A DNA stretch of 63,574 nt, the filler included, from Chiloscyllium plagiosum (taxonomy: Eukaryota), in the NCBI RefSeq assembly GCF_004010195.1. It is 3 parts of one record of this genome, joined end to end, with 100 filler letters (N's around TTAATTAATTAA, not from the genome) between each part and the next. Parts side by side here need not be neighbours in the genome. Positions count along the whole stretch, not along the records: positions 1 to 31,593 come from NC_057711.1; 2 more parts are not named here. The stretch is one strand, 5' to 3'. Made by a program: the position numbers and the translations under genes. How positions within the stretch are numbered: position 1 is the stretch's first letter; every line of letters starts with the position of its first letter. Positions 13,038 to 24,599 of the stretch are shown here, one piece after another. The notes beneath the pieces were generated by a model. That model did no database searches. It was not told the origin of the DNA and saw only the letters and a list, made by a program, of their open reading frames with translations.

Positions 13038-13442
13038 GCTGGGTATATGAATAGGAAGGGTTTGGAGGGATATGAGCCAGGTGCTGGCAAGTGGGAGTAG
13101 ATTGGGTTGGGATATCTGGTCGACATGGACAGGTTGGATCAAAGGGTCTGTTTCCATGCTGTACATCTCTATGACTCTATGAGAGAGCACACTCAATGTG
13201 CCAAATGGCTTAATTCTGCTTTTATCTCTTATGGTCTTAAGGTTGTCCTGCTTACGAATCTTGGGAAGTAAGTAAAAGCCAGTGTTATGCAGTTGAGAAC
13301 AATGTGATTGGAAGTTATAGAGGGAAGATCTCTAGGTCAGTGATAGCTCTGGGAACAACATCAGAGCTATGGTTTATCAGGCCAAGGAAGTATCTGAAAG
13401 CTGGTCTTCAACTTCTGCAATGATTACGTTACAAGAGAACAG

Positions 13443-13860
13443 TCTGGTTAGAGACAGAGAAAACAGATGATGGAATCCAAAGTAGACAGGCAGGAGGCTG
13501 AAAGAACACAGCAAGCCAGGCAGCATCAGGAGGTGGAGAATTTGACATTGGTAAGGGGAGCAATGGGGGCAAGGTGGTGTAGTAGGGATAGGTGGTGTAG
13601 TAGGGATAGGGATACAACCTGGTTGGTCAATGGGAGGAATGAATCCAATTGGTGGCAGAGAGGAGTGGAAGGGAAGGGCATGGGGTTGGGAAGGGAGTCA
13701 GGAGGTGGAATGGGAGGGTATTTGAAATTGGAGAACTCAATGTCGAGTCCTCCAAGCTGTAGGCTGCCCAGGCAGATGAAGGGTTACATCCGGAACGTTG
13801 ACTTCTCCACCTCCTGATGTTGCCTGGCTTGCTGAGTTCTTCCAGCCTCCTGCCTCTCTA
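13443..13860. mobile_element. Penelope 3' fragment with inverted pLTR ends
   Basis: 13-bp TSD TACAAGAGAACAG (13430-13442, 13861-13873); inverted arms ~13483-13547 and ~13795-13860. Confidence 0.82.
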
Positions 13861-14229
13861 TACAAGAGAACAGCAGCAACATCTTGTCAACAAGTTTGAT
13901 AACAATGCCAGGAATTAACCAAAGAGAACAAAGTGCAGCAAGTTAAGGGGCAGTTTGTTTAGAGTAGGTGAGAGGAGCAGAGAAATTGAGAACTTAGGAC
14001 ATGGTGTCCAGTTATCACAATAAAAGGATCAAGAGTTGGAAAGAAACCAAGGTGTGTGGTCCAGTGGATGAAGAATAAAAGAGAAGTGAAAAAGACCATT
14101 CAGCAGAGGGAAAGAATCTAGCCAAAGACATGAGTCTGGAGGGGAAGGCAACTGAACGAGAGCTCATTGCTCGATGCGGAACTTAAAATTCATTATGATA
14201 TTAGAGTTTGTGATCCTGAACAAAGTAGC

Positions 14230-16490
14230 AAGTCATAGTAGCAGGACTGTATCTAAACCAAACCACAAACTCATGATTCAGCATATCCCCCCACTCTACC
14301 ATTTCCATCAAGTCAGGTGATAAACCCTGGTTCAATTAAAAGTGGAAGAGGATACGCCAGGAGCAGTACGAGACATACCTGAAAATGAGATATTAGATTA
14401 GATTCCCTACAATATGAAAACAGGCCATTTGGCCCAACAAGTCCACATCAATCCTCTGAGGAGTAACCCACCCAGACCCATTCCCCTACCTATCTTTAAC
14501 CCTGACCAATGGACTAAACACTACGGGCAATTTAGAAAAGCCAATTCACCTAACCTGCACATATTTGGATTGTAGGAGGAAAACTGGAGCACCCGAAGGA
14601 AACCCACGCAGACACTGGGAGCAGTGCAAACTCCACACAGACAGTCACCCGAGGTGGGATAAAAATTCAGGTCCCTGGTGCTGTGAGGCAGCAGTGCTAA
14701 CCACTGAGCCACCGTGCCGCCATGATGTACTAAAACTATAGTACAGGACTATTTATGTGCTAAATACATAAGCAAGCGATCGACAAAGCTAATGGATTTC
14801 ATAGCCAATAGAGCAGATATGACTCAATTCACTGCAAATGATATCAAGAAATTACTAGAGGCACAGGATACTGCAATGTCTACAGTCACGACTATATTCC
14901 AAAAATAATATTGAACATTAAGTAACTCCAGAACTTTCCACACCCTAGCCAAACTGTTCCAGTTCAGCTCGAATACCAGCATCTTCCCCACAGTGTGTAA
15001 AATTGCCCAGCTACGTCCTGTAAACAAAACACAGCATAAATCCAACCCAGCATCAGTTTACTTTTGATTCATCAGTAAAGTGACGAAGGAGTCATCAACA
15101 GTGCTATCAAGCAGCACTTGATTATCATTAAACTGTTCGCTGACCTTCAGTCTGGGTTCTGTCAAGACCACTCAGTTCCTCACCTCATTACAGCCTTTGT
15201 TCAAACATTGGCAGAAAAGCTGAAATTAGAAGTGAGGTGAGAGTAACAGTACTTGTCGTCAAATTTACATTTGACGAAATGTGGCATCAAATAGATCTTA
15301 CAAACAAAGTCATTGCGAATCGGGGGAATTTTTTGTGCAAGTTGGAATTATACTTAATAAAAAGGAAAATGGTTGTGGGTATTGGAGGCCAGTCATCTTG
15401 GCTCTAGGATATGTCTGCACGAATTCCTCAGGATAGTATCCTGGGCCAAAACATCTTCATCTGCTTCATTAACATTCCTTCAATCATCAGATTAGGAGTG
15501 GTGATGTTTGCTGCTGATTGCACAACATTCAGCACCACTCATGACTGTTCAGATACTGAAACAGTTCTTATCCAAATGCAGCAAGACCTGGAAATATCCA
15601 GTTTTGAACTAAAAATTGGCAACATTCGTAGCACATAAGGCAACTACCGTCTCCAAAACAGAATGTTTAACATTGCCCTTTGACATTTAATGGCATTACA
15701 AATGCTGGATCCCCCAGTATCATCATCCTGGGGGGCTACATTCCCCAAAAATGTTTTTCCACAGAGTGACTTTCAAGGTCCCTGTGCAGCAGCAATTTCC
15801 AGAATCAGAGATTGATGAGTCAGCACATCAAGCGGCATTCGTGGAACCTCTGAGCAGCTGTAAGGTCACAGCTTAGCAGGAACGCCCCCTGGGGTTACTA
15901 ATGATCAGAAAACAAAATGATCAAGCTATATAAATACAGTGGCTCCAAAGTCTGAGGCTAGAAATCCTGCAGCATGTAACTCACTCCTGATCTTCCAAAG
16001 CCTGACCATTTATCTAAAGGCACAAGTCAGTAGTGTGACTGAATACTTCTCACTTGCCAGGATAAATGAAGCTTGACACCATCCAAGACAAAGCAGCCCA
16101 CTTGATGGATACCACATGCACAGTCATGATTCCCTCCAACAACAACTCAGTAACAACACTGTACACCATCTCCTCGATGCACTGCATGTTGCAAGCGTGT
16201 GCCCACTACTATCTAGAAGAACAGGGGTAGCAGCTACTTGTACCACTGCCACCTGCAAGTTCTTCTCCAAGCCACTCACCATTTTGCCTTGTAAATATAT
16301 CACTATTCCTTCAATTTCACTGAGTCAACTTGCTGGAACTCCGACCCTAACAGTATTCTCAGCCTATTCAGCCTACCTATTCTCAGCCAATCGACTGCAG
16401 CAGTTCCTGAACGCAGCTTCCACCAATTTCTCAAAGGCAATCAATGCTGTCCCAGCCAGTGGTGTCCATGTCCCATGAATTAATAAAAGT
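14230..16490 (+). mobile_element. Old CR1/L2-group LINE RT fragment with 3' tail
   Basis: IPQDSILG...FINIPS...MFAADCT (ORF 15411-15638); tail ending CCCATGAATTAATAAAA. Confidence 0.75.
14393..14721 (-). mobile_element. HE1-like tRNA-derived SINE, full length
   Basis: GGCGGCACGGTGGCTCAGTGGTTAGCAC head (A box), conserved core, (TAATC)n tail. Confidence 0.92.
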
Positions 16491-17199
16491 AATACTAATG
16501 GGAATAAAATAAATCATATAAACTCATCAGAAAATATTCTTCTAACACACATTTTATTCATTTTCCTAAACCCTATTTGTGCACAGAATGCTTATTTAAG
16601 GAACTGTCCTACAATGATCTTATGTCATAGTGTTCTTCACTTTTTTTTTAGGCTGTAGGAAGGTTGAGGTGTAGTGTTGGAATTTGCTTTTGGAATTTAG
16701 CAATCTACCCAAAATGAAGAAATAAAATGTGTAGTATCTTGGTGACAGAAAGACGAGAGATGTATGCGAGAAAAGACAGAAATAATCAGTTTGAGTCTGG
16801 AACCTCAACAGAGGTACATGAGCATGATGCTACAAAGAGAGATTTCACAATATCTAGGTTTGGTCAATATTTGCATCGTTGTCTTTTGGTCATTAAACAG
16901 GGACAGAGCAAAGATAACATGAAAGAGTCCGAATTTCATATCCAGTGCCTTTGTAGTGGAATGCAGTCAGCTTGGAATTTTCAAAAATGAATAGTTATGG
17001 ATTGCAATTACAGCAGCTGTTTGAGGGGATGGATGTTAACTGTTAAATTATGTTAAAATTTTGAACTAGTTAATGTACTACATTTGGCCAAAGCAACAGA
17101 CATGGATAAGAAACCATGGATGAACTGGGAGAACCACTGTCTTACTGAAGTCCAGATGACCTCTAGATGACCCTGACCTTAATAGAAATCCAGATACGA

Positions 17200-19058
17200 C
17201 CTCTATAAGGCCAAGAGATAATTCCAGACCATGTGAGGGACCCAAACTAACTAAGGACAGTCACTGTGTCAAAACCTACACAACATAATTGGCTACAAAG
17301 TGAAGCAGAATAGATTAATGACCAAACATACATCCCTCTCTGATGCATTCAATGCATTTTATGCTCATTTCAGACAGGAGGTCAGTGAAATCATGTCACC
17401 TGCCCCGACAATCTTGGATGCACCTGTTCCATCAGTCACCGCTGCAGACATCAGATTGGCCTTTTTGAGAGTGAACTGATGGAAAGCGAATGGCCCAGAT
17501 GGAGACCCAGCCCGCACACTCAGACACGTCAGGTACCAGCTGACAGGAGTATTCGCTGACATCTTTAACCTCTCCTCACTACAATCTGAAGTCCTCACTT
17601 GCATGAAGAAGATCACTGTCATCTCAGTACCAAAGAAATCTCAAGCAGCATGCCTCAATGACTAACACCTGGTGGCTCTGACCTCCATAATTATGAAGCG
17701 CTTCAGGAGGTTAGTTGTGGCTCATATGAACTCTAGACTCCCAGCCTGCCTTGATCCTTTAAAATTTGCCTACCATTGCAACAGGTCTACAGCAGACACC
17801 ATCTCCCTGGTCCTACACTCAACCCTGGAACAACTGGATAACAAAGATACCTACATCACTGACAATAGCTCTGCCTTCAATACTTTAATTCCAACTAAAC
17901 TGTGAGACTCAGATCTCTGTTGTGCCCTCTGAACTGAAACCTAGTCTTCCTGACGCATAGACTGCAATCAGGGAGAATAGGCAACAGCATTTCCTCCATG
18001 ACACTCCTCAGCACCAGTGTCCTGCAAAGATGCGTACTCAGCTCCTTACTATACTTTCAGTACACTCACGATTGTATGATAAAATTTCGTCCAAACTCTA
18101 CAAGTTCACTGATGGTTCCACCGATTCCAAATACTGATGCAAGAATACTGCACTCGGTGGCACGGTGTAAAGATAACAATCTCTCCCTCAACATCAGCAA
18201 AATGAAAAGAGCTAATCATTGACTTTAGGAAACAAGATGAAGGGCACCTACATCAATGGAACTGAGGTAGAGATGGTTGAGAATGTCAAGTTTCTAGGAG
18301 TAACGATCACCAACAATCTGTCTTTCTGTCCTGATGAACGGCTCCAACCTGAAACATCGATTTTCCTGCTCCTCGGATGCTGCCTGACCTGCTATGCTTT
18401 TCCAGCAACACACTCCCAACTCTGATCTCCAGCAGACCTCACTGTGTCCAACAATCTGTCTTCGTCCACCCATGTTAATGCTATGGTCAAGAAAATACAA
18501 CAAAGTCTCTTCTTCCTCAGAAGGATAAGGAAAATTGGCATGTCCATAAAGACTCCTACCAATTCTTATTATTGCGTCATGGAAAGCATTCTCTCCAAAT
18601 GCATCATGACTTGATATGGCAACTGCCTTGCCCAGGACCATAAGAAACTACACAGAGTTGTGAACATGGCCCAGTCCATCATTCAAGCCAACCTTCCATC
18701 TATTGACTTCCATCTATCCTTCTTGGTGCCTCAGCAAGGCATCCAACATAATCGAAGACCCCTCCCATCCCGATCATAATCTCTTCAAACCTGTTCCAGT
18801 AGACGGAAGACATAAAAGCATAAACACACATACCAATAGATTCAAGACCTGCTTTTACTCCACTGTTATGAGACTTCTGGATGGACTTCTCAAATTTCAA
18901 ATTTAATGTTGACCTTGCTATTTGTACACCTTCTCTGCAGCCATTACATTGTATTCTTCACACTATTTTATTACACTCATGACTATGATCTGCCTGTACT
19001 GCACATAAAACAACCTTTTCACTGTACCTAGGTACATGTGATAACAATAAATCAAAAT
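17200..19058 (+). mobile_element. Rex1/Babar LINE RT and 3' end, degenerate
   Basis: VALTSIIMKRFRRLV...LDPLKFAYHCNRSTADTISL (ORF 17672-17905); tail ACAATAAATCAAAATCA. Confidence 0.85.
18325..18447 (+). mobile_element. Solo Penelope pLTR-derived mini element with hammerhead-like motif
   Basis: 15-bp TSD CCAACAATCTGTCTT (18310-18324, 18448-18462); CTGATGA-ACGGC-TCC-AACC-TGAAACATC at ~18330-18358. Confidence 0.85.
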
Positions 19059-19244
19059 CAGGATAGAACACTATCTCGTGAAGACTATTCACCCCTTAGA
19101 GAACTGAATCTGATGAACTTCACTCCTACATAATGCTGCACAAAATTGGCTTCCTGAATTCATTTAGAAACTGTGTAGTATAACTGCCTTTACTCTAGAG
19201 GTAAATAAACACAGAAAATGAAAAACATTAACAAAAACTAGCAA

Positions 19245-20708
19245 TTTTTGAAAAGATTTGTAGCTCATGTTGATGATAAGTCAGTAAGTTAGCTTGCTGA
19301 GCTTGAAGGTTCATTTTCAGACGTTTCACCACCATACTACATAACATGATCAGTGGAACGCTGGTGGTATGTCCCACCGCTCTATTTAGAGGTCTTGGTT
19401 CCTTATGGTGGGGATATCACTTCCGTTTTTTTTCCCTCAAGGGAAGATAGATAGGGTCTCAATGAATGTGTTTATTGATGGTGCTCTGGTTAGAATGCTG
19501 CGTGTCTTTGTTTTGCCTGTCCTAGATGTGTGTGTTGTCCCAGTCAAAGTAGTGTCCTTCTTTGTCTGTATTTATAGAAACTAGCGATAGTGGGTCGTGT
19601 CTTTTGGTGACCGGTTGGTGTTCATGTATCCTGGTGGCAAGTTTCCTGTTAGTTTGTCTGATGTAGTGTTTTTTTTTTACAGTTCTTGCATGGTATCTTA
19701 TAAATTATGTTAGTTTTGCTGGTGGTATCTAATGGATCCTTTAGGTTCATTAGTCACTGTTTAAGTGTGTTGGTAGGTTTGTGGGCTACCATGATGCCAA
19801 ATGATCTGAATAGTCTGGAAATCATTTCTGGTATGTTTTTGATGTAAGGTGATGTGGCCATAGTTTTTTGCTGTGTTGTGTCTGCTTGTTTGGGTCCACT
19901 ACGTGGATGACACCGTCATCATCACAAAACGGAACAATTAGAAGAAACATACAACACCATCAACAATATCCTGACAAGCATAAAATTCATATAAGAGAAG
20001 GAGAACGACAACAGACTCCCATTCCTCGACATGATAGTTGAACGTACGGTTAACGGAGAGCTTCAAACCAGCGTCCACAGAAAAACAACACACACGGACC
20101 AAATACTTAACTTCAGAAGCAACTACCTCAACATCCACAAATGGAGCTGCATTAAGACATTATTTCAATGAGCTATATCACACTGCAGCACCTAAGAACT
20201 ACAAAAAGCAGAAGAATATGTATACAACGTTTTCAAGAAAAACAGATACCCAATAAACACAATCTGCTGATTCCTCAGAAACAAACCCAAACAAGCAGAC
20301 ACAATGCAACCAAAAACTATAGTCACATTATCTTACATCAAAGGCATATCAGAAATGACTTCCAGGCTACTCAGACCACTTGGCATCATGGTAGCCCACA
20401 AACCTACCTTCACACTTAAACAGCGACTAATGAACCTAAAGAATCCATTAGATACCATTAGCAAAACCAACGTCATTTATGACATACCATGCAAGAACTG
20501 TAAAAAAAATTACATCGGACAAACTAACAGGAAACTTGCTACCAGGATACATGAACGCCAACTGGCCACCAAAAGACATGACTCACTATCACTGGTTTCT
20601 AGAAATACAGACAAAGAAGGACACTACTTTGACTGGGACAACACACACATCATAGGACAGGCGAAACAAAGACATGCACAAGAATTCTTAGAGGCATGGC
20701 ATTCTATA
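19245..20708. mobile_element. Penelope (Poseidon-like) element with 5' inversion: minus-strand 3' end/pLTR then plus-strand RT C-terminus and GIY-YIG
   Basis: YVDD at ~19900; ORF 20304-20711 NVIYDIPCKNCKKNYIGQTNRKLATRIHER; 19488-19893 is an inverted copy of 20286-20706. Confidence 0.9.
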
Positions 20709-21587
20709 TGAAGGATCTCACTTCTTACCACCAGAAAAGCAATGTCTTTGTGCTTGTTGAAAAGTTCTAGCAATGCCACATGCTTTGACAACCTAACTCA
20801 GGGAAAGACCCAACAGGATCAGCCTTTTCCTTTTCCTACAGGCTCTCAAGGATGTGCTGATCAAAGGGTTTCAAGGATGTTTTGTGCTGACCACTGCCTA
20901 ATGGACTTGTGGTCAAAGGTGTTGTCTTTCACATATGTCTCCACAAGGGATAGGTAATACAGAATGGTCCAAATACTTGGGGCGCTTTATGACAATGACG
21001 CCTGATCCATCCTTCTTAACACCAAAGAGAGGGTGAGTCTCAGAACATAGGTGGTGGTGCCTGCATACAAAGGGTCTTTGCATAGCTTGATGCAGTCACA
21101 CCAAAGGTGGACATCAAGATGAAGGTATCATTGAGTACATTCATCCCCCTCCTCATTCAGGTGTCCTTTGAGACCCAGTCCATTTTTGATCTCCAGGTGA
21201 AATGGAAGATGGCTCGGGTGACTGCTGTGGTGCAGGCTCTTGGAATAGACCAGCTACACCAGGAGTACCTCACCCCTGATGACCACGTTTTTACCTACAA
21301 TGGAATTGAAGTGGTGCTCCCATTTACCCAGTTTCTGTCTCACCTTGGTGATTCACTCCTCCTAAATGTTGGTGCATGCTCCATCTCCCTAAATCATTGA
21401 CCCAACACCTTCAGATAGTCTGATCTGATGGGGAAATGTTGAAGGATCAGTTGGCCCTGTTCCCAAAGAACATGGCTTCACTCTTGCTTTGACCTATCTT
21501 GGCTCCTGATGCCAGTTCGAATTGGTCATAGATGCTCAGCAGTCTGTATACTGACAGCGAATCAGAGCAGAAATCGGCGATGTCAGC

Positions 21588-22115
21588 AATTCTGGTCTCC
21601 CTACGATAGGAAGGATGTTGTGAAACTTGCAAGGGTTGAGAAAAGATCTACAAGGATGTTGCCAGGGTTGGAGGGTTTGAGCTATAGGGAGAGGCTGAAT
21701 AGGCTGTCGCTACTTTCCCTGGAGCGTCAGAGGTTGAGGGATGACTTTACAGTGGTTTACGAGGGACATGGATACGGTAAATAGACGAGGTCTTTTCTCT
21801 AGGGTGGGGGAGTCCAGAACTAGAGGGCATAGGTGTATGGTGAGAGGGTAAATTTTTTAAAGGAACCTATTACACAACTTTCTCGTGCACAACACAACAT
21901 TCTCTGGAATGAGATGCCAGAGGAAGTGGTAGACACTCATACAATTACAACATTTAAAAGGCAACTGAATGGATATATGAACAGGAAGGGTTTAGAGGGA
22001 TATGGGTCAAATGCTGGCAAATTGAAGTAGATTAATTTAGGATACCTGGTCAGCATGGACGAGTTGGACGAAAGGGTTTGTTTTCATTCTGTACATCTCT
22101 ATGACTCTACGACTA
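21588..22115 (+). mobile_element. CR1 3' fragment
   Basis: QFWSPYDRKDVVKLARVEKRSTRMLPGL; tail CTCTATGACTCTACGACT. Confidence 0.9.
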
Positions 22116-22342
22116 CAGAGAAGCTTTGAACTGCAGGCCTCCACTGCCTGGCACCGTCACCCCTCTCAGGCTTGTATCCTTCCTGTTGGACTCAGCAAAC
22201 GATTCTATATTTGACACTAAGGCACAGCAGACAGGGCAGCCCTACTGATCAGGAAGGTTTCTGATTGATTGAGATTCCCATCCACTGATTAAGGCTGCAC
22301 GCAGAAGTTGGTATAGAGCAGTCAGATACCCTCTCTAAACTG

Positions 22343-22590
22343 AATGAATTGAATTGAATTAATTGTCACGTGTACGAAGGCACAGTGAAAAGCTTTGTCT
22401 TGTGAGCAATACAGGCAGATCACATAGTTAAGTAGCGTAGATAATTAAATAATAGGTAAACAGCAGCAAAAAACAAAAACACAGGCAAATGTTAAGTGTT
22501 TGTGACTCCATTCAGTATTTTAACAACAGTAAGGTAGAAACTGTTATGAAACCAGCTGGTGCATGTGTTCAGGCTTCTGTACCTTCTCAA
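22343..22590 (-). mobile_element. Rex1 3' fragment
   Basis: Similar to 18800-19058; (ATTCA)n tail. Confidence 0.75.
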
Positions 22591-23590
22591 GTGGAGGTTG
22601 ACTTGGTTGTTGTGCCACTGCACTGGCCTCCTTTCTTTCCTTGCCAGCTTTTCCGTCCTTCTGGGTGACTTGTTCCAGTGCTCCTGGAGAGTGGTGTCTT
22701 ACCTACTTCAGGGGTCCACGGCTCTAGTTGCCACATTTAGGATCTGAGCGTATATAGACCGTTGTCTTGGGCAGGCCTTGTAGAGGTGGCCTGTTCCTTC
22801 CTGGGGGTGTCACCCATGATCTGGTGTCGTCGAGGTAAGGACAAAGACATTAAGGTCTAGTTGCCCTGCACCTTGTTCAAAGCATCACTGCTCCCTGGTT
22901 GCCTGGAGCTATGGAGCACTGAGTACCTCGTGGTTCCCTAATTTTGAGGTTGGGTTTCACTTGGCCCCTTGTGATGTCTTGCATTCCTTGGCTGGGAGGG
23001 TGCTCTTTTCCTTCTACCCTGTGGTGCTATGTCTGTTTTTTTTTTGTTCGTGGCCACTCTTCCACATATCTTTGTCATCAGAGTTGATGTCCTTCATGCA
23101 GCTGCTCTTCTTTCCATTTTACTTGGGGACCTATGGGGGCTCAATCTGGTTTCCTTTTGTATTTGTTCATCACCTTCCCCCACTCCCTGACTAATTTGTT
23201 CCCTCCTCCTCCTCCATTGCATTAGTATATTCAAATCAGTAGGGCAGTTCAGTTCTGCACAGTCTTTGCAAATGGAGAACAAAACAACTCAAGGCATAGA
23301 AATCTGCTGCCTAGAACTGACAGCCATCAAAGAGAAAGGCCAATCAACTGGCGACCCTTCCTCCAACTCCTTCACAGTTACCCTGACTGTACTCTGGACA
23401 ACCTGGCCTGGGGTTCGGCTACTTGCTGAGGTCAAAGCTGTACTTGGCTGTAGACTAACATGGTGTTTGGCCAAAACCAGCATGAAAGTCCATCCATAGC
23501 AGCTCAGCTCCATCAGTGATCCTCCAATGTCTAATCACAATCCAGTGATGATCTTAAAATCCTTTGATGATTTGCAACTTGGAGCTTATG

Positions 23591-23621
23591 CTACATCTTA
23601 GCCAAAAGGCTGAGAAGTGAT
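23591..23621 (-). pseudogene. U2 snRNA 5' fragment fused to Tx1 element
   Basis: Minus strand ATCACTTCTCAGCCTTTTGGCTAAGAT-GTAG versus U2 5' end ATCGCTTCTCGGCCTTTTGGCTAAGATCAAGTGTAG: two CpG-type transitions and a 5-nt deletion. Confidence 0.88.
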
Positions 23622-24456
23622 CAAATCTTATACTTTGAATGACTTTATCATATACTGAACTAAACCGTACAATGAATTTTCAGTTACATTTGGTTTGAAT
23701 TCTCCACTTAAATGGGTGAGAAATTGTATATGGGTGAGAAAGGTTTAATATTTGATTGAGTACAATAAGCACCAGCAACTGTGTTGGTGTCATGGCGACT
23801 TGGTCAGACTGTAAAAAAGGAGTTTACAGAAGTCAGACCTGGAGCTAGTGCATTCCTAACCAACTTTGAAATAATGCAGTTTGCATTCATATGCATAGGC
23901 ACTATTCATAAGTCATTGCAGTAATGTAATAAAAGTTCACATTGTTTACTCAATAAGGCTCTTATAGTAAGACCTGAAAGGTGGATCATCTACTCAAACT
24001 GGACTTTTCCAGGCTTGAAAGGAACCTATATACAACAGTGGCAATGGTCGACCCTTGCCGCAACATTTGTGCTCAGTACTATTTCTAAATTGTGCCAAGT
24101 GAGAAAACTTAGAAGTCAGGCACTCAAGAAAGAACACATAAAAATATGCTGGTGACCCAGACGACTTTGAGAAAAACACATACAACTGATTGCTGACGAT
24201 AGTGCATCACACAAACCTCGCAGCAACACTCAACATAGCAGAATATTTCAAGAAGCATTTCAGACCTCATAGAAAATGCACAGGGACAGAAGAAATCAAA
24301 AGCTCCATATAGGGGTAGATACAGGCTACATTGTGACGTTGTGTAAGCAGTCCCCAGTTGAGGCAGTGAAAAGACCAGACACTATACATTGTCAGAGTTA
24401 AAATCAACAGTCCCCGTTACAAAATGGAAAATTTTAAACGGTGCAGTAATTCAGGT

Positions 24457-24552
24457 TCAAAAACAGAAATTGCTGGAAACGTTCAGCAGGTCTGGCAGCA
24501 TTTGTGAAGAAAAATCGGAGTTAACGTTTCAGATCTGGTGATTCTCAGAACA
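24457..24552 (-). mobile_element. Short Penelope pLTR-type insert (decayed hammerhead-like motif)
   Basis: 13-bp TSD CAGTAATTCAGGT (24444-24456, 24553-24565); minus strand CTGAGAATCACCAGATCTGAAACGTT. Confidence 0.75.
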
Positions 24553-24599
24553 CAGTAATTCAGGTAATTTCACAGTGTTAATCAGACATCACCATAATA

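Larger units (their letters stand above)
7021..13181 (+). mobile_element. Near full-length CR1 LINE (5' UTR, ORF1 Zn-finger+SGNH esterase, ORF2 APE-RT with internal deletion, 3' UTR), carrying nested inserts
   Basis: ORF1 CxxC...CxxC near 7850-7950 and IVLGDS..VHIGSND..DGLH (8120-8730); APE ORF 8790-9566 (GDFN, LDLLLGN); RT with deletion at ~10060; (CTCTATGA)n tail at 13167-13181. Confidence 0.92.
20710..23621 (-). mobile_element. Keno-like Tx1/L1-clade LINE (U2 head, ORF1, RT fragments), interrupted by CR1 and Rex1 inserts
   Basis: FELASGAKIGQSKSEAMFFG (ORF 21447-21632); VRQGCP region ~22140-22260; ORF1-like PGQVVQSTVRVTVKELEEGSPVD (23289-23513); U2 5' fragment at the 5' end. Confidence 0.8.

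Noticed and set aside
23591..23621. Functional U2 snRNA gene
   Set aside because: Only ~30 nt with mutations; no Sm site or 3' stem-loops.
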